DNA of 40,541 bases from a virus (taxonomy: Duplodnaviria > Caudoviricetes): the IMG/VR virus record IMGVR_UViG_3300028588_000805, positions 1 to 40,541 of that record. One strand, written 5' to 3'. The notes beneath the pieces are model-generated. The model ran no database searches and was not told the DNA's origin. It saw only the letters and a program-made list of their open reading frames with translations. The position numbers and the translations under genes were made by a program. Positions 1 to 9,231 of the stretch are shown piece by piece (positions within the stretch are counted from its first letter, which is position 1; every line of letters begins with the position of its first letter).

Positions 1-474
1 TTAAAAGGCAGTAAACGTAGTTTCTACTACATCGGTATTAGTGCCACTTAAATCCACCCGTAAGCGCAGAGTAGAGGACGTTAATTCTACGATGTCGACT
101 TCAGCAGTAGTTACTGGAAGAGAGAGAGATGGCACCAGAAGTTTTGTCTGGTCACTATTGAAATTCCAGGTGCTACTGCCACTCTGTGGGTCAGTGGAAA
201 GGCACTTGCTTGCCCCCTCATCAATAATCCATGACTTGTCTACATTGAACTTGTGAAAGTTATCACGAACGCACGCAGTCATACCAGCATAGCGGTCAAA
301 CACGGTAGTGGTGGACGAGCCGCCCGTCTGGGCATTCTTTACTGTTTCCGTCTCAGCCGTAATGCGCCATTTTGGCGTTGTCAATAGCTCAGTTTTGGAG
401 GGCATAGCATTCGAGTCTTTTTTACAAGCACTTAGGGCAGTAGCAGCAAGTGCCAACAGGAAAAGTTTCTTCAT
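1..474 (-). CDS. Lipoprotein, lipocalin-like fold possible (moron or flanking host gene)
   Basis: Lipobox LSAC followed by KKD; ELLT..KW motif typical of Bacteroidota lipocalin-like lipoproteins; lower GC than neighbours. Confidence 0.65.
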   Translation of the reverse strand: MKKLFLLALAATALSACKKDSNAMPSKTELLTTPKWRITAETETVKNAQTGGSSTTTVFDRYAGMTACVRDNFHKFNVDKSWIIDEGASKCLSTDPQSGSSTWNFNSDQTKLLVPSLSLPVTTAEVDIVELTSSTLRLRVDLSGTNTDVVETTFTAF

Positions 475-547
475 GAAGAACAGATAAAAGTGTTATAGAA
501 TAACCTTTATTGCTCCCGCATTATTATACCATTTAAGAAGTAATCCT

Positions 548-1156
548 TTATTTAATCCGAAACAGCCGGTAGCACGCCTGAAATACACCGCCCCCGCCAC
601 CCTTCACCAGTACCACAGCCAGCACCCAGGGCCAAGCCTGCACCGGCCCAAGCCAGGCGCCCAGTAGCATCGCGCCTAGCAGGTAGGCCGTGAGGTACAC
701 GCTATCGGCCGCGTGCCAGAAGTCGGTAAGCCACACAAATACCGTGGTGCTGCCCAGGAAGCGCGGCACTGGTGCGCCTGCCTCCCAGCTGCCCGGCTTG
801 TACTTGTTGCGCCAGCTCACGCGGGCGTCGAACCACTTGCCCCACTTCTCGAATTTGCTGTTGCCCGCTTGGTGCGTGAGGTTGTCAATGGCGGCCTTGG
901 CCACGTAGGCCAGGACGAGCAGGGCGCTGGCAGCCAGCAGGTAGCCGATGGGCAGCTGCGTGGCGGCCAGCGCCGGTAGCGCGAAGCCGTTGAGGGTGGT
1001 CGGTGGCTTGTTCTTTTTGTTGGCCAGCACCACGGCCAGCACAAATAGCCCCATGGTGACAAGCGCGTAGGGAATAATGTACTTGGTCCCGAAGAAATAG
1101 AAGGTGGCAATGGAGCCGAGTACCCAAAGGACGAAAAGCGTGATAAGGGCTTTCAT
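548..1156 (-). CDS. Multi-pass membrane protein at the end of the lysis module
   Basis: Several hydrophobic segments plus a SWRNKYK...GSTTVFVWLTDFWH block. Confidence 0.6.
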   Translation of the reverse strand: MKALITLFVLWVLGSIATFYFFGTKYIIPYALVTMGLFVLAVVLANKKNKPPTTLNGFALPALAATQLPIGYLLAASALLVLAYVAKAAIDNLTHQAGNSKFEKWGKWFDARVSWRNKYKPGSWEAGAPVPRFLGSTTVFVWLTDFWHAADSVYLTAYLLGAMLLGAWLGPVQAWPWVLAVVLVKGGGGGVFQACYRLFRIK

Positions 1157-1167
1157 ACAGAAAAAGG

Positions 1168-1611
1168 TTATTTGATGGTGAGCGTGATAGGTTCGTTATT
1201 CTGCACGGCCTGCTCGATGAGCAGGAACAACCGGTCGAACGCCACGCGGCTGGCCGAAACGCTGGCCCCGTCTGCCCTAAAGGCTGTGCCTGGTAGCAGG
1301 CAGCCTTCCGTATCGGCGGCCGTGTTTCCGGGATGGATGCGCACGCCGCAGTCGTCAATGAGGTTGTTACCGAAGCGGATGGTGCCACCGGGCATGTTGA
1401 CCAGTAGCGGCAGCCGGCGCTTGAAGCGGTTGCTCATGGTGACGCGCACGCGGTAGGTGCCAGCCGGAATGGCCGTCTTGCCCCACACTTTGGCCTCAGC
1501 CGGGCCGCGCACTGGGTCTTCGACGCCGAAGCAGAACTGTCGGCCCTCGACGTACCAGGTGCTAAGCGTCGCGCCCTTGGCGCTCGGCTTGCGGATGATG
1601 GAAATGACCAT
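1168..1611 (-). CDS. DUF5675-like protein, putative endolysin
   Basis: TAIPAGTY and RIHPGNTAADTEGCLLPG motifs; next to holin and spanin. Confidence 0.8.
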   Translation of the reverse strand: MVISIIRKPSAKGATLSTWYVEGRQFCFGVEDPVRGPAEAKVWGKTAIPAGTYRVRVTMSNRFKRRLPLLVNMPGGTIRFGNNLIDDCGVRIHPGNTAADTEGCLLPGTAFRADGASVSASRVAFDRLFLLIEQAVQNNEPITLTIK

Positions 1612-1614
1612 AGC

Positions 1615-2166
1615 TTAGACCGTAATCAGCTTTCGATAGCCTACATATACCACTACCGGAATACTGAGCACCCACCACGGGAAGCCCGCTTTCTCGGTGG
1701 TGGCCGTAGCCTTGGAATTGGGCGCCGTAGCAGCGGCCCCGCCCCGCTGGCCGGCCTTTGTGTTGTCGGTGGCATCGCCTGAGCTGGTAGCCACTGGGGC
1801 GCTGGCCTTGGCCACGGTGGTGGCGCTGGCTCCATCACCGGCCGCTACAGTTGACTTCTTAGCGGCCGTCGTGTTGGTCTGGTTGCCAGCCACTAGGTTG
1901 AAGGTGCAGCCCTTGCACTTGCGCGGCACGCCGGCCGTGGGCGCGGCCTTGGGTGGCAGCAGGCCGAAGAGCCGGCGACGTACCACCTGCTGCGGGGTAT
2001 AGCCCGAATCGGCGGCATGTAGCTTCAGTTCAATGGGCTGGCTGGCCAGCGAGTCGGCCGACGTGAGCGAATCGGCCCCAATGGGCTCCGAATGCGGCGG
2101 TGGGGGTGTGTTGGGGTGGGCACAGCTGGCCAGCAGTAGCGCGCCAGCAATAAGGAAGTACTTCAT
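1615..2166 (-). CDS. Putative unimolecular spanin
   Basis: N-terminal lipobox LLASC, Ala/Thr-rich linker, C-terminal TM segment FPWWVLSIPVVVYVGY then RK. Confidence 0.6.
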   Translation of the reverse strand: MKYFLIAGALLLASCAHPNTPPPPHSEPIGADSLTSADSLASQPIELKLHAADSGYTPQQVVRRRLFGLLPPKAAPTAGVPRKCKGCTFNLVAGNQTNTTAAKKSTVAAGDGASATTVAKASAPVATSSGDATDNTKAGQRGGAAATAPNSKATATTEKAGFPWWVLSIPVVVYVGYRKLITV

Positions 2167-2180
2167 GCAGAAAAGAGGGA

Positions 2181-2792
2181 TTAAGAAGTGGCAGTAGTAT
2201 CAGTGGCCGGCTCGGCAGCTGGCGCGGGCACGGCGGGCTTGGGCGGGTGGCGCTGCACCTCATCGACTACCAGCGCGCCGAGCTTGCTGGCGAGTAGTGC
2301 TTTGAGCGCCGATTGAAAAAGGCTGACTGCGCCTTCCTCCTGCACCTTGAGGGCCACCATCTTGGTCAGCACCTTTTTACCGCGCACCGTGAAAAGCCAG
2401 CCGAAGACGGCATCGGCCAACGGCTCGTAGTAGGGGTAGGCGTTGATGGCATTGCGCACCACGCCCATAATGATGAGGGTGGAGAGCATCACCCCGCCGA
2501 GGCGCGTGAACTCGGGCCATTTGAAGCGCTCCCCCTTGAGCTTCTTCGCCACTTGGTAGCCATACCAGCCATTGGCCAAGTCAAGGAAAAGTAGCAGAAA
2601 GAGGGCGCTGGGCGGGTTCCATATCCAGCGGGTGCAGAAGGCCACTGTGCTGGTTAAGAGCGTGCCAGCCGCCAGCCACTTGAGCACGCCCGCGCCGTAG
2701 GCCTGCCAGCCTATCGCACCAGATAGCAGGTCGCCACCGCTCTTAAAGCCGAGCGTGGACAGAATACTGTGGTAGGTGGCGCGCAGGGGCAT
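2181..2792 (-). CDS. Putative holin
   Basis: About 3 TM helices, LLLFLDLANG motif, charged C-terminus, first gene of the lysis cluster. Confidence 0.65.
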   Translation of the reverse strand: MPLRATYHSILSTLGFKSGGDLLSGAIGWQAYGAGVLKWLAAGTLLTSTVAFCTRWIWNPPSALFLLLFLDLANGWYGYQVAKKLKGERFKWPEFTRLGGVMLSTLIIMGVVRNAINAYPYYEPLADAVFGWLFTVRGKKVLTKMVALKVQEEGAVSLFQSALKALLASKLGALVVDEVQRHPPKPAVPAPAAEPATDTTATS

Positions 2793-2795
2793 GGC

Positions 2796-3722
2796 TTACA
2801 ATTGAATGGCCAGCACCTCGGCTACGCCCGCCGGCATGGCCAGCGAGAGGGCGCCGGTATTGCGGGCGGTTAGGGTGAAGGTGCCGGCGGCTTTGTCTTT
2901 GTCGCCGAGCTCGGTATTGAGCAGCCCGCCCGCAGCCTTGGTCAGGAATACCAAGTAGTTAGCATTCGGGAAAGGCTTAGGCAGCGTGACGGCCTGGCTG
3001 TAGGGCGTGAGCACCTGAATGGTCACGGCCGGCAGGTTGACGATAAAGCGCTGCACGGCCGCCGCCGGCAACCGCGTGGCCACGTCGGCGGCTACCGCAG
3101 CCAGGTTGGTAGCGTTGGTGGCGGCGGCCTGCTGCACGGTGGTGAGCTGCGCCTGAAGCACCAGCAGCGCGGCCGCATCGTCGTCGGCCTTTTTCTGCGC
3201 GGTCGCCGCCTCCGCGCGGGCCTGATTGGCCGTGGCCTGCGCGGCCGCAATCGCAGCCGCGTCCTGACTTAAACGCGCGTCGCGCAGCGCATCGGCGGCG
3301 GTGTTCTTGGCAAGTTCCAAGCGGTTGGCTTCGGTGGCGCTGGCCGTAAGCGTGGCCTTCGCTTCCACGGCCGCCAGGCGCACGGCGTCGGCGGCCTGCT
3401 GGGCGTCGCTGGTGGCTAGGGCTGCGCGCAGTAGTTCCAGGCGGGCTACGGTGGCTTCGACTTCCGCGTCGGTGGCCTCCAAGCCAGCGGCTACCTGCTC
3501 CAGTCGCTGTTCGAGCAGCGCCACACGGGGCTCCAGCAGGTTGAGGCGGGTGGCGCTGCGGTTCATGCTCATGGGCCACGGCCCGCGCGGCATCTGCATC
3601 TGGCCAACCATGGTGTAGATTAGCTCGCGGATGCTGGCCAGGTCTTCAGGCACGACTACCACCTCAGCTGAAGCGGGCGGGGCCAGTAGCTTTTCGGCAA
3701 GGGTGTAGATGTCGGGACGCAT
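2796..3722 (-). CDS. Coiled-coil fibre-like protein with C-terminal beta domain
   Basis: Long Ala-rich heptad region; C-terminal VTLPKPFPNANYLVFLT resembles tail-fibre terminal domains. Confidence 0.55.
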   Translation of the reverse strand: MRPDIYTLAEKLLAPPASAEVVVVPEDLASIRELIYTMVGQMQMPRGPWPMSMNRSATRLNLLEPRVALLEQRLEQVAAGLEATDAEVEATVARLELLRAALATSDAQQAADAVRLAAVEAKATLTASATEANRLELAKNTAADALRDARLSQDAAAIAAAQATANQARAEAATAQKKADDDAAALLVLQAQLTTVQQAAATNATNLAAVAADVATRLPAAAVQRFIVNLPAVTIQVLTPYSQAVTLPKPFPNANYLVFLTKAAGGLLNTELGDKDKAAGTFTLTARNTGALSLAMPAGVAEVLAIQL

Positions 3723-3726
3723 GGCG

Positions 3727-3810
3727 TTAGGGGCGAAAGGAAGCGGGAACGTGACGGAAAACGAAGTAGAAAGCAGCGGCTACCAGCAGCCAGCGAAGCC
3801 AGCGCGCCAT
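3727..3810 (-). CDS. Small hydrophobic peptide, 27 aa (MARWLRWLLVAAAFYFVFRHVPASFRP), absent from the ORF track
   Basis: ATG overlaps the upstream stop (TGATG); fills the intergenic gap and ends 4 nt before the next ATG. Confidence 0.5.
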   Translation of the reverse strand: MARWLRWLLVAAAFYFVFRHVPASFRP

Positions 3811-4295
3811 CAGGCGAAGCGGCCCAGGGCGTTAGCGTTGAGAATGTGCTGGCGAATCAGGTCGCCAATGATGAGCGGCTGCGTGTCGCGTATCAGGCAG
3901 AAGTAATCGCCTTGGTACATCGCTGGTAGCGCGGCATCGGCCTCAATGCGGGCGATGTCAGCCTGCCAGTCGGCATCGGTGCCGGGTGCGCCACCGGGGC
4001 GCGGCGCGTAGCGTACGGCCAGGATGCTGCCGTCCCGCGTGTCGACGAGCGTGTTATTCTCTGCCGCCAGCGTGACGGGGTAGGCCGCAAACGGGCCGCC
4101 CACCAGGGCCGGGCCGTAGCCGCCACCCGCCGCCACGGCGAAGGGACGCACGGTGCCCTGGATAAAGCAGGTGCGTGCCGCGTTGCTGTGCTCCAGCCTA
4201 TCGAAGAGAAACTTCTGTTTGACGATGGTTTCGCCAATCACGCGGTCGGCAACTTCGAGCTCGAAGAGCGGCGGGTTGTAGGGCTGAATAGCCAT
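3810..4295 (-). CDS. Hypothetical protein in tail-fibre region
   Basis: Tightly packed ORF in the late operon. Confidence 0.6.
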   Translation of the reverse strand: MAIQPYNPPLFELEVADRVIGETIVKQKFLFDRLEHSNAARTCFIQGTVRPFAVAAGGGYGPALVGGPFAAYPVTLAAENNTLVDTRDGSILAVRYAPRPGGAPGTDADWQADIARIEADAALPAMYQGDYFCLIRDTQPLIIGDLIRQHILNANALGRFA

Positions 4296-4302
4296 AGTGT
4301 AG

Positions 4303-5019
4303 CTAGATTTTGAGGGGTGTTTTGCCCAGCACCAGGGTGGGCCCGCCTTGCGGAAATACTTGCTGCTGATAAAAGCTGGCCTCGTAGAGCTGACTCATCA
4401 GCTGGCCGGGCGCAGCCACCAGGTAAGAGAGCAGCTCGGGCTTGGCGCGAGGGCTGGAGACCGGCCCAAAGCCGTAGCGGCCCCGCTCAGCGGCTGAAAG
4501 GGGCTTGGCCCACACCTGCTGCTGGAGTAGGTAGCCAGGCGTGCTGCGACCGATAAAGCTGCCAAGCTGGTAGTTCGAGGCCGCAGGTGGCGGAAGAACG
4601 CCCGCTAGAGGCTGGCTACCTAATAGCACCTCGGGCTCACCAGCAAACTGGCGGTACACGCTCAATACCTGATTTTGCCACACGCCCCAGAGCATAAAAT
4701 AGCGACCCACGTAGTCGGCCGGGGTGATAGCCAGCGCGAGGTAGGCGCTGGCCTGGTCGGTCTGCAACTCGCACACGACCGCCGAGAAGTACATGCTCAG
4801 CGCGAAGTCAGGCGTATTGCCCGCCTGCTGGTGCTGAAAACAATGCAAGCCCGTGGGCGCACTGGTTAAGTAGAGCAACACGCCGAACGTGACGCTAGGC
4901 GCACCGGCCAGGCGGGTGATAGCATTGCCTTCCAGGTAGGAGCCATTTCGCAGGTCGTAGGCGGCCTGCTGGTAGCGCACTGCTCGGCCACCTGCGTAGT
5001 AAGTGCTAGCCGCTGACAT
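4303..5019 (-). CDS. LamG/concanavalin-like lectin domain tail protein
   Basis: Beta-rich, ends in QVWAKPLSAAE (LamG-type terminal motif); start MSAAST coupled by a TAATG overlap. Confidence 0.55.
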   Translation of the reverse strand: MSAASTYYAGGRAVRYQQAAYDLRNGSYLEGNAITRLAGAPSVTFGVLLYLTSAPTGLHCFQHQQAGNTPDFALSMYFSAVVCELQTDQASAYLALAITPADYVGRYFMLWGVWQNQVLSVYRQFAGEPEVLLGSQPLAGVLPPPAASNYQLGSFIGRSTPGYLLQQQVWAKPLSAAERGRYGFGPVSSPRAKPELLSYLVAAPGQLMSQLYEASFYQQQVFPQGGPTLVLGKTPLKI

Positions 5020-6407
5020 TAGGATAGTGAGCCTTCCAGCCAATAAGTGTTCAGGTCGATTTTGTGGTAGCTCACCTTGGCGTAGTCATCGATATTGAGT
5101 CCGATGCCGGGCGGCAGCAGCTGCACGCCAGCCGCGGCGGCCAGGCTGAGCGCGCCAGTATTTTGGCGGCGCACGTAGCCAATCGTGCCCACCGGCAGCG
5201 CTACATCGGCGTTGGCCGGGAAGGTGAGCACGGCCGGGGCGGTGTTGGTAAATGGCACGAGCTTGCCGGCATCGGCGAGGCGCAGCGTGTAGCTGCCAGT
5301 AATCGGCTCGGCCAGCTCCAGGCGCGTGCTGCTGAACTGCGTGCCGTTCAGGTCCACGCCCGTGCCGGCCGTGTAGGTGCCCCCGCCATTGGCGGCCCCT
5401 GGGCGGCGGTCTACCAGCGTGGGCCCGCCCGGCGCGATAGTAGCCGTAGCCGTATCGTAGAGGTAGATAGTGCCGGGGCTGCCGATGGCGTTGTCGATGG
5501 CGCCGCGGCCGCGCGCCGTGATAACGTGGCCGACTGCGCCAAATACCAAATCTGGCCCAATGCGCGAGTCTACGAGCTGCACGCCCTGGCTGGCGTCGAG
5601 CGCCACGCCGGCGCCTTGGGTGCTAACAATGGCCACCTTGGCCGTGCTGGCATTGTTGCGCAGAAACTGAATGTTGTGCAGCCGCATGCCAACCGTCAGC
5701 GTGAGGGTCACGCCCGTATCCACCTGAATCCGCGTCAGTGACTGGCTGTAGAGGCTACCGGTCAGCGTGATATTCTGGCTAACAGTCAGGTAAGGCGCGT
5801 TTACCACTACTGGCTTGAAGTTGGCAGCGGTATCCGCTGCCACATCTTCCAGGCTGTCGTAGCCGACATAGTCCGCCCCGAGCGCCACCATGACCGGGTA
5901 GCTCAGCGGCTCAAGCACCGCCAGCAGCGGCGCGCTGATTTCATTGATTGGCGAAATCGCAATGCCCGCGCCTGCGGTGTAGACTGGCGCCGGCTGCTGA
6001 CCACTCACTGCGCCGCTGGCGTAGGCGTAGGTAATCACATCGCCCACCTGCACGCCCGCTACCGCCAGCACGGTGAGCACGCCCGCCGTGAAGGTGTAGC
6101 CGGTACCGAAGCTAAGCGGAATCGACTTACCGCCGGCCGTGACAATGCCTACGTCGCCGAACCAGGTAGCTGACGCCACCGTGATGGTTTGCGCGCCGGC
6201 CGCAGCCGCCGGCTCGGTGGCGGCCGTGGTCAGGCCCGTGCCCGCCGTGGCGGCCGGGCTGCTCAGGTCGCTCAGCGGCACCGATACCAGCGCGCCATTG
6301 TCGTCGATAAAGCCGAAGCCCAGCGTGCCGGCGGGCGGCACGTCGGTACGTAGAATGTCGCCGAGCAGGCTGCGCACAACCATGTCGATGGTTTGGTAGT
6401 CGCTCAT
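5019..6407 (-). CDS. Tail fibre protein
   Basis: Repeated YTAGAGIAI / YTAGTGVDL motifs; C-terminal YTLRLADAGKLV...VALPVGT domain. Confidence 0.7.
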   Translation of the reverse strand: MSDYQTIDMVVRSLLGDILRTDVPPAGTLGFGFIDDNGALVSVPLSDLSSPAATAGTGLTTAATEPAAAAGAQTITVASATWFGDVGIVTAGGKSIPLSFGTGYTFTAGVLTVLAVAGVQVGDVITYAYASGAVSGQQPAPVYTAGAGIAISPINEISAPLLAVLEPLSYPVMVALGADYVGYDSLEDVAADTAANFKPVVVNAPYLTVSQNITLTGSLYSQSLTRIQVDTGVTLTLTVGMRLHNIQFLRNNASTAKVAIVSTQGAGVALDASQGVQLVDSRIGPDLVFGAVGHVITARGRGAIDNAIGSPGTIYLYDTATATIAPGGPTLVDRRPGAANGGGTYTAGTGVDLNGTQFSSTRLELAEPITGSYTLRLADAGKLVPFTNTAPAVLTFPANADVALPVGTIGYVRRQNTGALSLAAAAGVQLLPPGIGLNIDDYAKVSYHKIDLNTYWLEGSLS

Positions 6408-8695
6408 TAGTAGGTGTCAAAAGTGAAGGTGAGCGAGAACTCGGGCGCGTCGGCAATGGCCACGTTGCCCACGAACACATTGCAGGTGTAGCCGAACTGG
6501 CCGAAACTGGCCGGCACATATTGGTTCTGGTCGGGCTCGCCGGTGTCGATGGCCACCATGCCGCCGGTGCTGGCCGTAGCCGAACAGGTGCGGGTAGTCG
6601 TCGAGGCCAGCGCGAAACAGCACAGGTTGCGGGTGCCGGCCTGCGTCTCGTTTTTATCAAGCATCGTGACCTTCACGCGGCCGTTGGCAGCGGTCGGGTT
6701 GCTGAAGCTGACGCTGGTCGGCTTGGCGCGAAACCGGAAGTAGGCCGCCCCAAACTGGTTATAAGCCAGGTCGCTTTTGGTGATGGTCACCGTGCGGGTA
6801 GTGGCGCCAGCGGGCAGCTGGTTGCCTTTCCAGATAAGGCACTCCTGCGAATACAGGCGGGCCTTGTGGGCGGGCGTGGTGACGGTGTGCCCCCCGTCAT
6901 CGCGCACGTTCAGCACGGGCGTCCAGATAATGACCTGCCCAACCACGAAGCGCGGCCCGGTGTGGCTGGTGCGGAAGATGCCGCCGGGGGCATTGTCGGG
7001 GTACTTCTCGTAGATAGTCTCCAGCAGGCGACCGCCCTGGCTGCCGTTTTCGGTGAACAGGGGCGTGCCCGCCATGGCCATCTTCCAGAACGGAAACTGA
7101 TTCTGGTCATCGGTGCCATCCCAGCGCGTGACAAGGCGGCCCTGCGCATCGACCTCCTTCACCTCGTGGCGCTGGTAGGCGGCGATGTTGAGGTAGGCCG
7201 CCGTGTTGTTGGTGGCGCTCAGCTCCAGCTGGCCAATCCAGTATTCGCCCGGCTGCGCACCCGCGTAATCCTGCAAGCAGGCGTCCGAGTCCTTGACAAT
7301 AGTGGTGTTGGTGGTAACGTCGTACAACTCAAACGCCTTGGCCCCGAGCTTGCTGCGCAGCACCTTCATCGTGGGTGCGCACAGCTGTACGGTGGTGTCG
7401 GACTGGCTGTCCTCTATCTCCACCCCGCCACTACCGCCGCCGTTGGTCACGGCTTTGCGCAGGCGGCTCTTGGTAATGCGCACCTTGCCTTGGCGGCCGA
7501 CTAGCTTATCGACCTCGATTTCGCTGTCTGCGTCAACTTCGTCGAGCTCCACCGCGCCCGGCGTTTCGGTGGGCGTCAGGTGGCCAACGACCTTTACCTT
7601 ATGCAGGCGCACCAGCTCGCGGGCCACAATGGCAAATGCCTCGGGGCAGTTTTCGGCCGCGATGAGCGTGCCGTTTTGCACGACGATGCGGTCGGGAATG
7701 CGGTGGGCCGGGTTGTCGAGCGAGGTGATTCGACCCACGCCCGAGGGCGAGCCGGGCGTGCCCAGGTAGTCGGGGTAGCTGGTGAGGTAGTCGAAAGCCA
7801 GCGGCTTGTCAAGTGTCAGCTTGCTGCCGTCCGCGCTCACCGACACGATTTTAGCCGTTCCGTCCTCGAAGTTGCGGGCGCCCACGGGCTCGCCGCGAAA
7901 TACCACCTCCTTTGCCCAGGCCAACGGGTAGGCGCCGGGAAACCAGACGGTGTTGTCGCTGAAGGCGCCGGGCTCCAGGGCCTCAATAACCGTGTCGCCA
8001 GCCCGCGCGCTCTTAATGAGCACGGGCTCGATGTACTTCATGCCGCCGCCGTAGGTGGCCACTTCCTTTTGCAGCAGCGTGCCATTGAAGAGCGAGCGGC
8101 CCAGCTTGTTGTCGGTGCCTTTGTAGCTGGTCAGGATGGTGGCGCCGTTGAGCTCGACCACCAGGTCGTTGTAGCCATCGGCCCAGCGGCTATCGGCGTA
8201 GGTCACCACGCCGCCCGCTGGCATGACCAGCGTCACCGGCTGCTGCGCGCGGAACGGCAGCGTGGCCAGCTCCTGCCGCACGGCAAAGAGCGCGGCCGTA
8301 TTGTCGGTGCCGGCCGAAATCAGCTTGTTATTGTCGCCGAGCTGGCCGTCGTTCTTCACGCCCCGCTCGCCCAACCGAATAACCGTGCGGGCCGCGGCGC
8401 CCGCGTCCGGCAGTATCCACACCGGCTTTTTGCCGGCCGCCAGTAGGGCCGTGATAATGTCTACCAGGTCAGGGCTGAGCTGGTACTTGTTGCCGTTCTG
8501 CGGGTCGACGTTGAGCGTCAGGGCTGAGAGCGTGCCGGCTTTGCTGTTGCCGCCCGCCTTCACCTCTTCCGCCAACGCGTCGAGCGCATGGATTACGCCC
8601 TGGCTGCGGTTGCTGCCCGGGGTGCCAACGGCTGGCCCGCCGGGCAGTACTTTGATGTTCTTGCGAAATAATGTTTTGAGGTCGCTCAGATTCAT
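6407..8695 (-). CDS. Tail spike / beta-helix depolymerase-like protein
   Basis: 762 aa; GTDNTAAL motif typical of the start of pectin-lyase-fold spikes; beta-rich. Confidence 0.55.
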   Translation of the reverse strand: MNLSDLKTLFRKNIKVLPGGPAVGTPGSNRSQGVIHALDALAEEVKAGGNSKAGTLSALTLNVDPQNGNKYQLSPDLVDIITALLAAGKKPVWILPDAGAAARTVIRLGERGVKNDGQLGDNNKLISAGTDNTAALFAVRQELATLPFRAQQPVTLVMPAGGVVTYADSRWADGYNDLVVELNGATILTSYKGTDNKLGRSLFNGTLLQKEVATYGGGMKYIEPVLIKSARAGDTVIEALEPGAFSDNTVWFPGAYPLAWAKEVVFRGEPVGARNFEDGTAKIVSVSADGSKLTLDKPLAFDYLTSYPDYLGTPGSPSGVGRITSLDNPAHRIPDRIVVQNGTLIAAENCPEAFAIVARELVRLHKVKVVGHLTPTETPGAVELDEVDADSEIEVDKLVGRQGKVRITKSRLRKAVTNGGGSGGVEIEDSQSDTTVQLCAPTMKVLRSKLGAKAFELYDVTTNTTIVKDSDACLQDYAGAQPGEYWIGQLELSATNNTAAYLNIAAYQRHEVKEVDAQGRLVTRWDGTDDQNQFPFWKMAMAGTPLFTENGSQGGRLLETIYEKYPDNAPGGIFRTSHTGPRFVVGQVIIWTPVLNVRDDGGHTVTTPAHKARLYSQECLIWKGNQLPAGATTRTVTITKSDLAYNQFGAAYFRFRAKPTSVSFSNPTAANGRVKVTMLDKNETQAGTRNLCCFALASTTTRTCSATASTGGMVAIDTGEPDQNQYVPASFGQFGYTCNVFVGNVAIADAPEFSLTFTFDTY

Positions 8696-9231
8696 AGCGC
8701 AGCGCTTCTAAGGCCGCCATTACTCGGGCGCCGGCGGGTAGGTGCGCAGCCGGCCGGGGACGTAATGGGGGCAAGGGTGTGGAGGGCAGCCTCGTAGAGG
8801 GCGCGGTAGTGCATGGCTTTGGCTTGCAGGTCAGCGCGCAGGGCGGCCCGCTGCCCGTCGGTAATGGGCAGCGCGGAGCCGTTTTCGCAGCCGGCGGGCG
8901 TAATGTGTAGGCCGTGCCAGAGCAGCATGCGCCGGGCGGCTTCCAATGCCAGCAGGGGCCGGATAGCCTCGTACCAGGCGCGGGCCAGCTTGGGGTTGGC
9001 CCAGCCCGCCGCAACGGCCTCCTGCGGGAAGTTGACCGCCTCGAACTCTTCCGGCTTGAAAAGCGGGTTGATAGTAGGTAGCTCGGCCTCCAGCTCAGCG
9101 CGCACCAAGACGGGCAGCTTCACGTCGAAGGTTTGGGCCTCGCGGATATAAGGCGTCACCAGGTGCGCGCCGATGTTCGTCGAAAACGCCGTGAAGGCCG
9201 CGATATCGGTTAGGGTAATGAGCAGCTTCAT
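8692..9231 (-). CDS. Head-tail adaptor-like protein
   Basis: Directly after portal; PYIREAQTFDV motif; helical. Confidence 0.55.
   Translation of the reverse strand: MKLLITLTDIAAFTAFSTNIGAHLVTPYIREAQTFDVKLPVLVRAELEAELPTINPLFKPEEFEAVNFPQEAVAAGWANPKLARAWYEAIRPLLALEAARRMLLWHGLHITPAGCENGSALPITDGQRAALRADLQAKAMHYRALYEAALHTLAPITSPAGCAPTRRRPSNGGLRSAAL

Noticed and set aside
3573-3722. Possible fusion of a short gene to the coiled-coil fibre at GPWPMSMN (lost stop codon)
   Set aside because: Cannot be supported without homologue alignment
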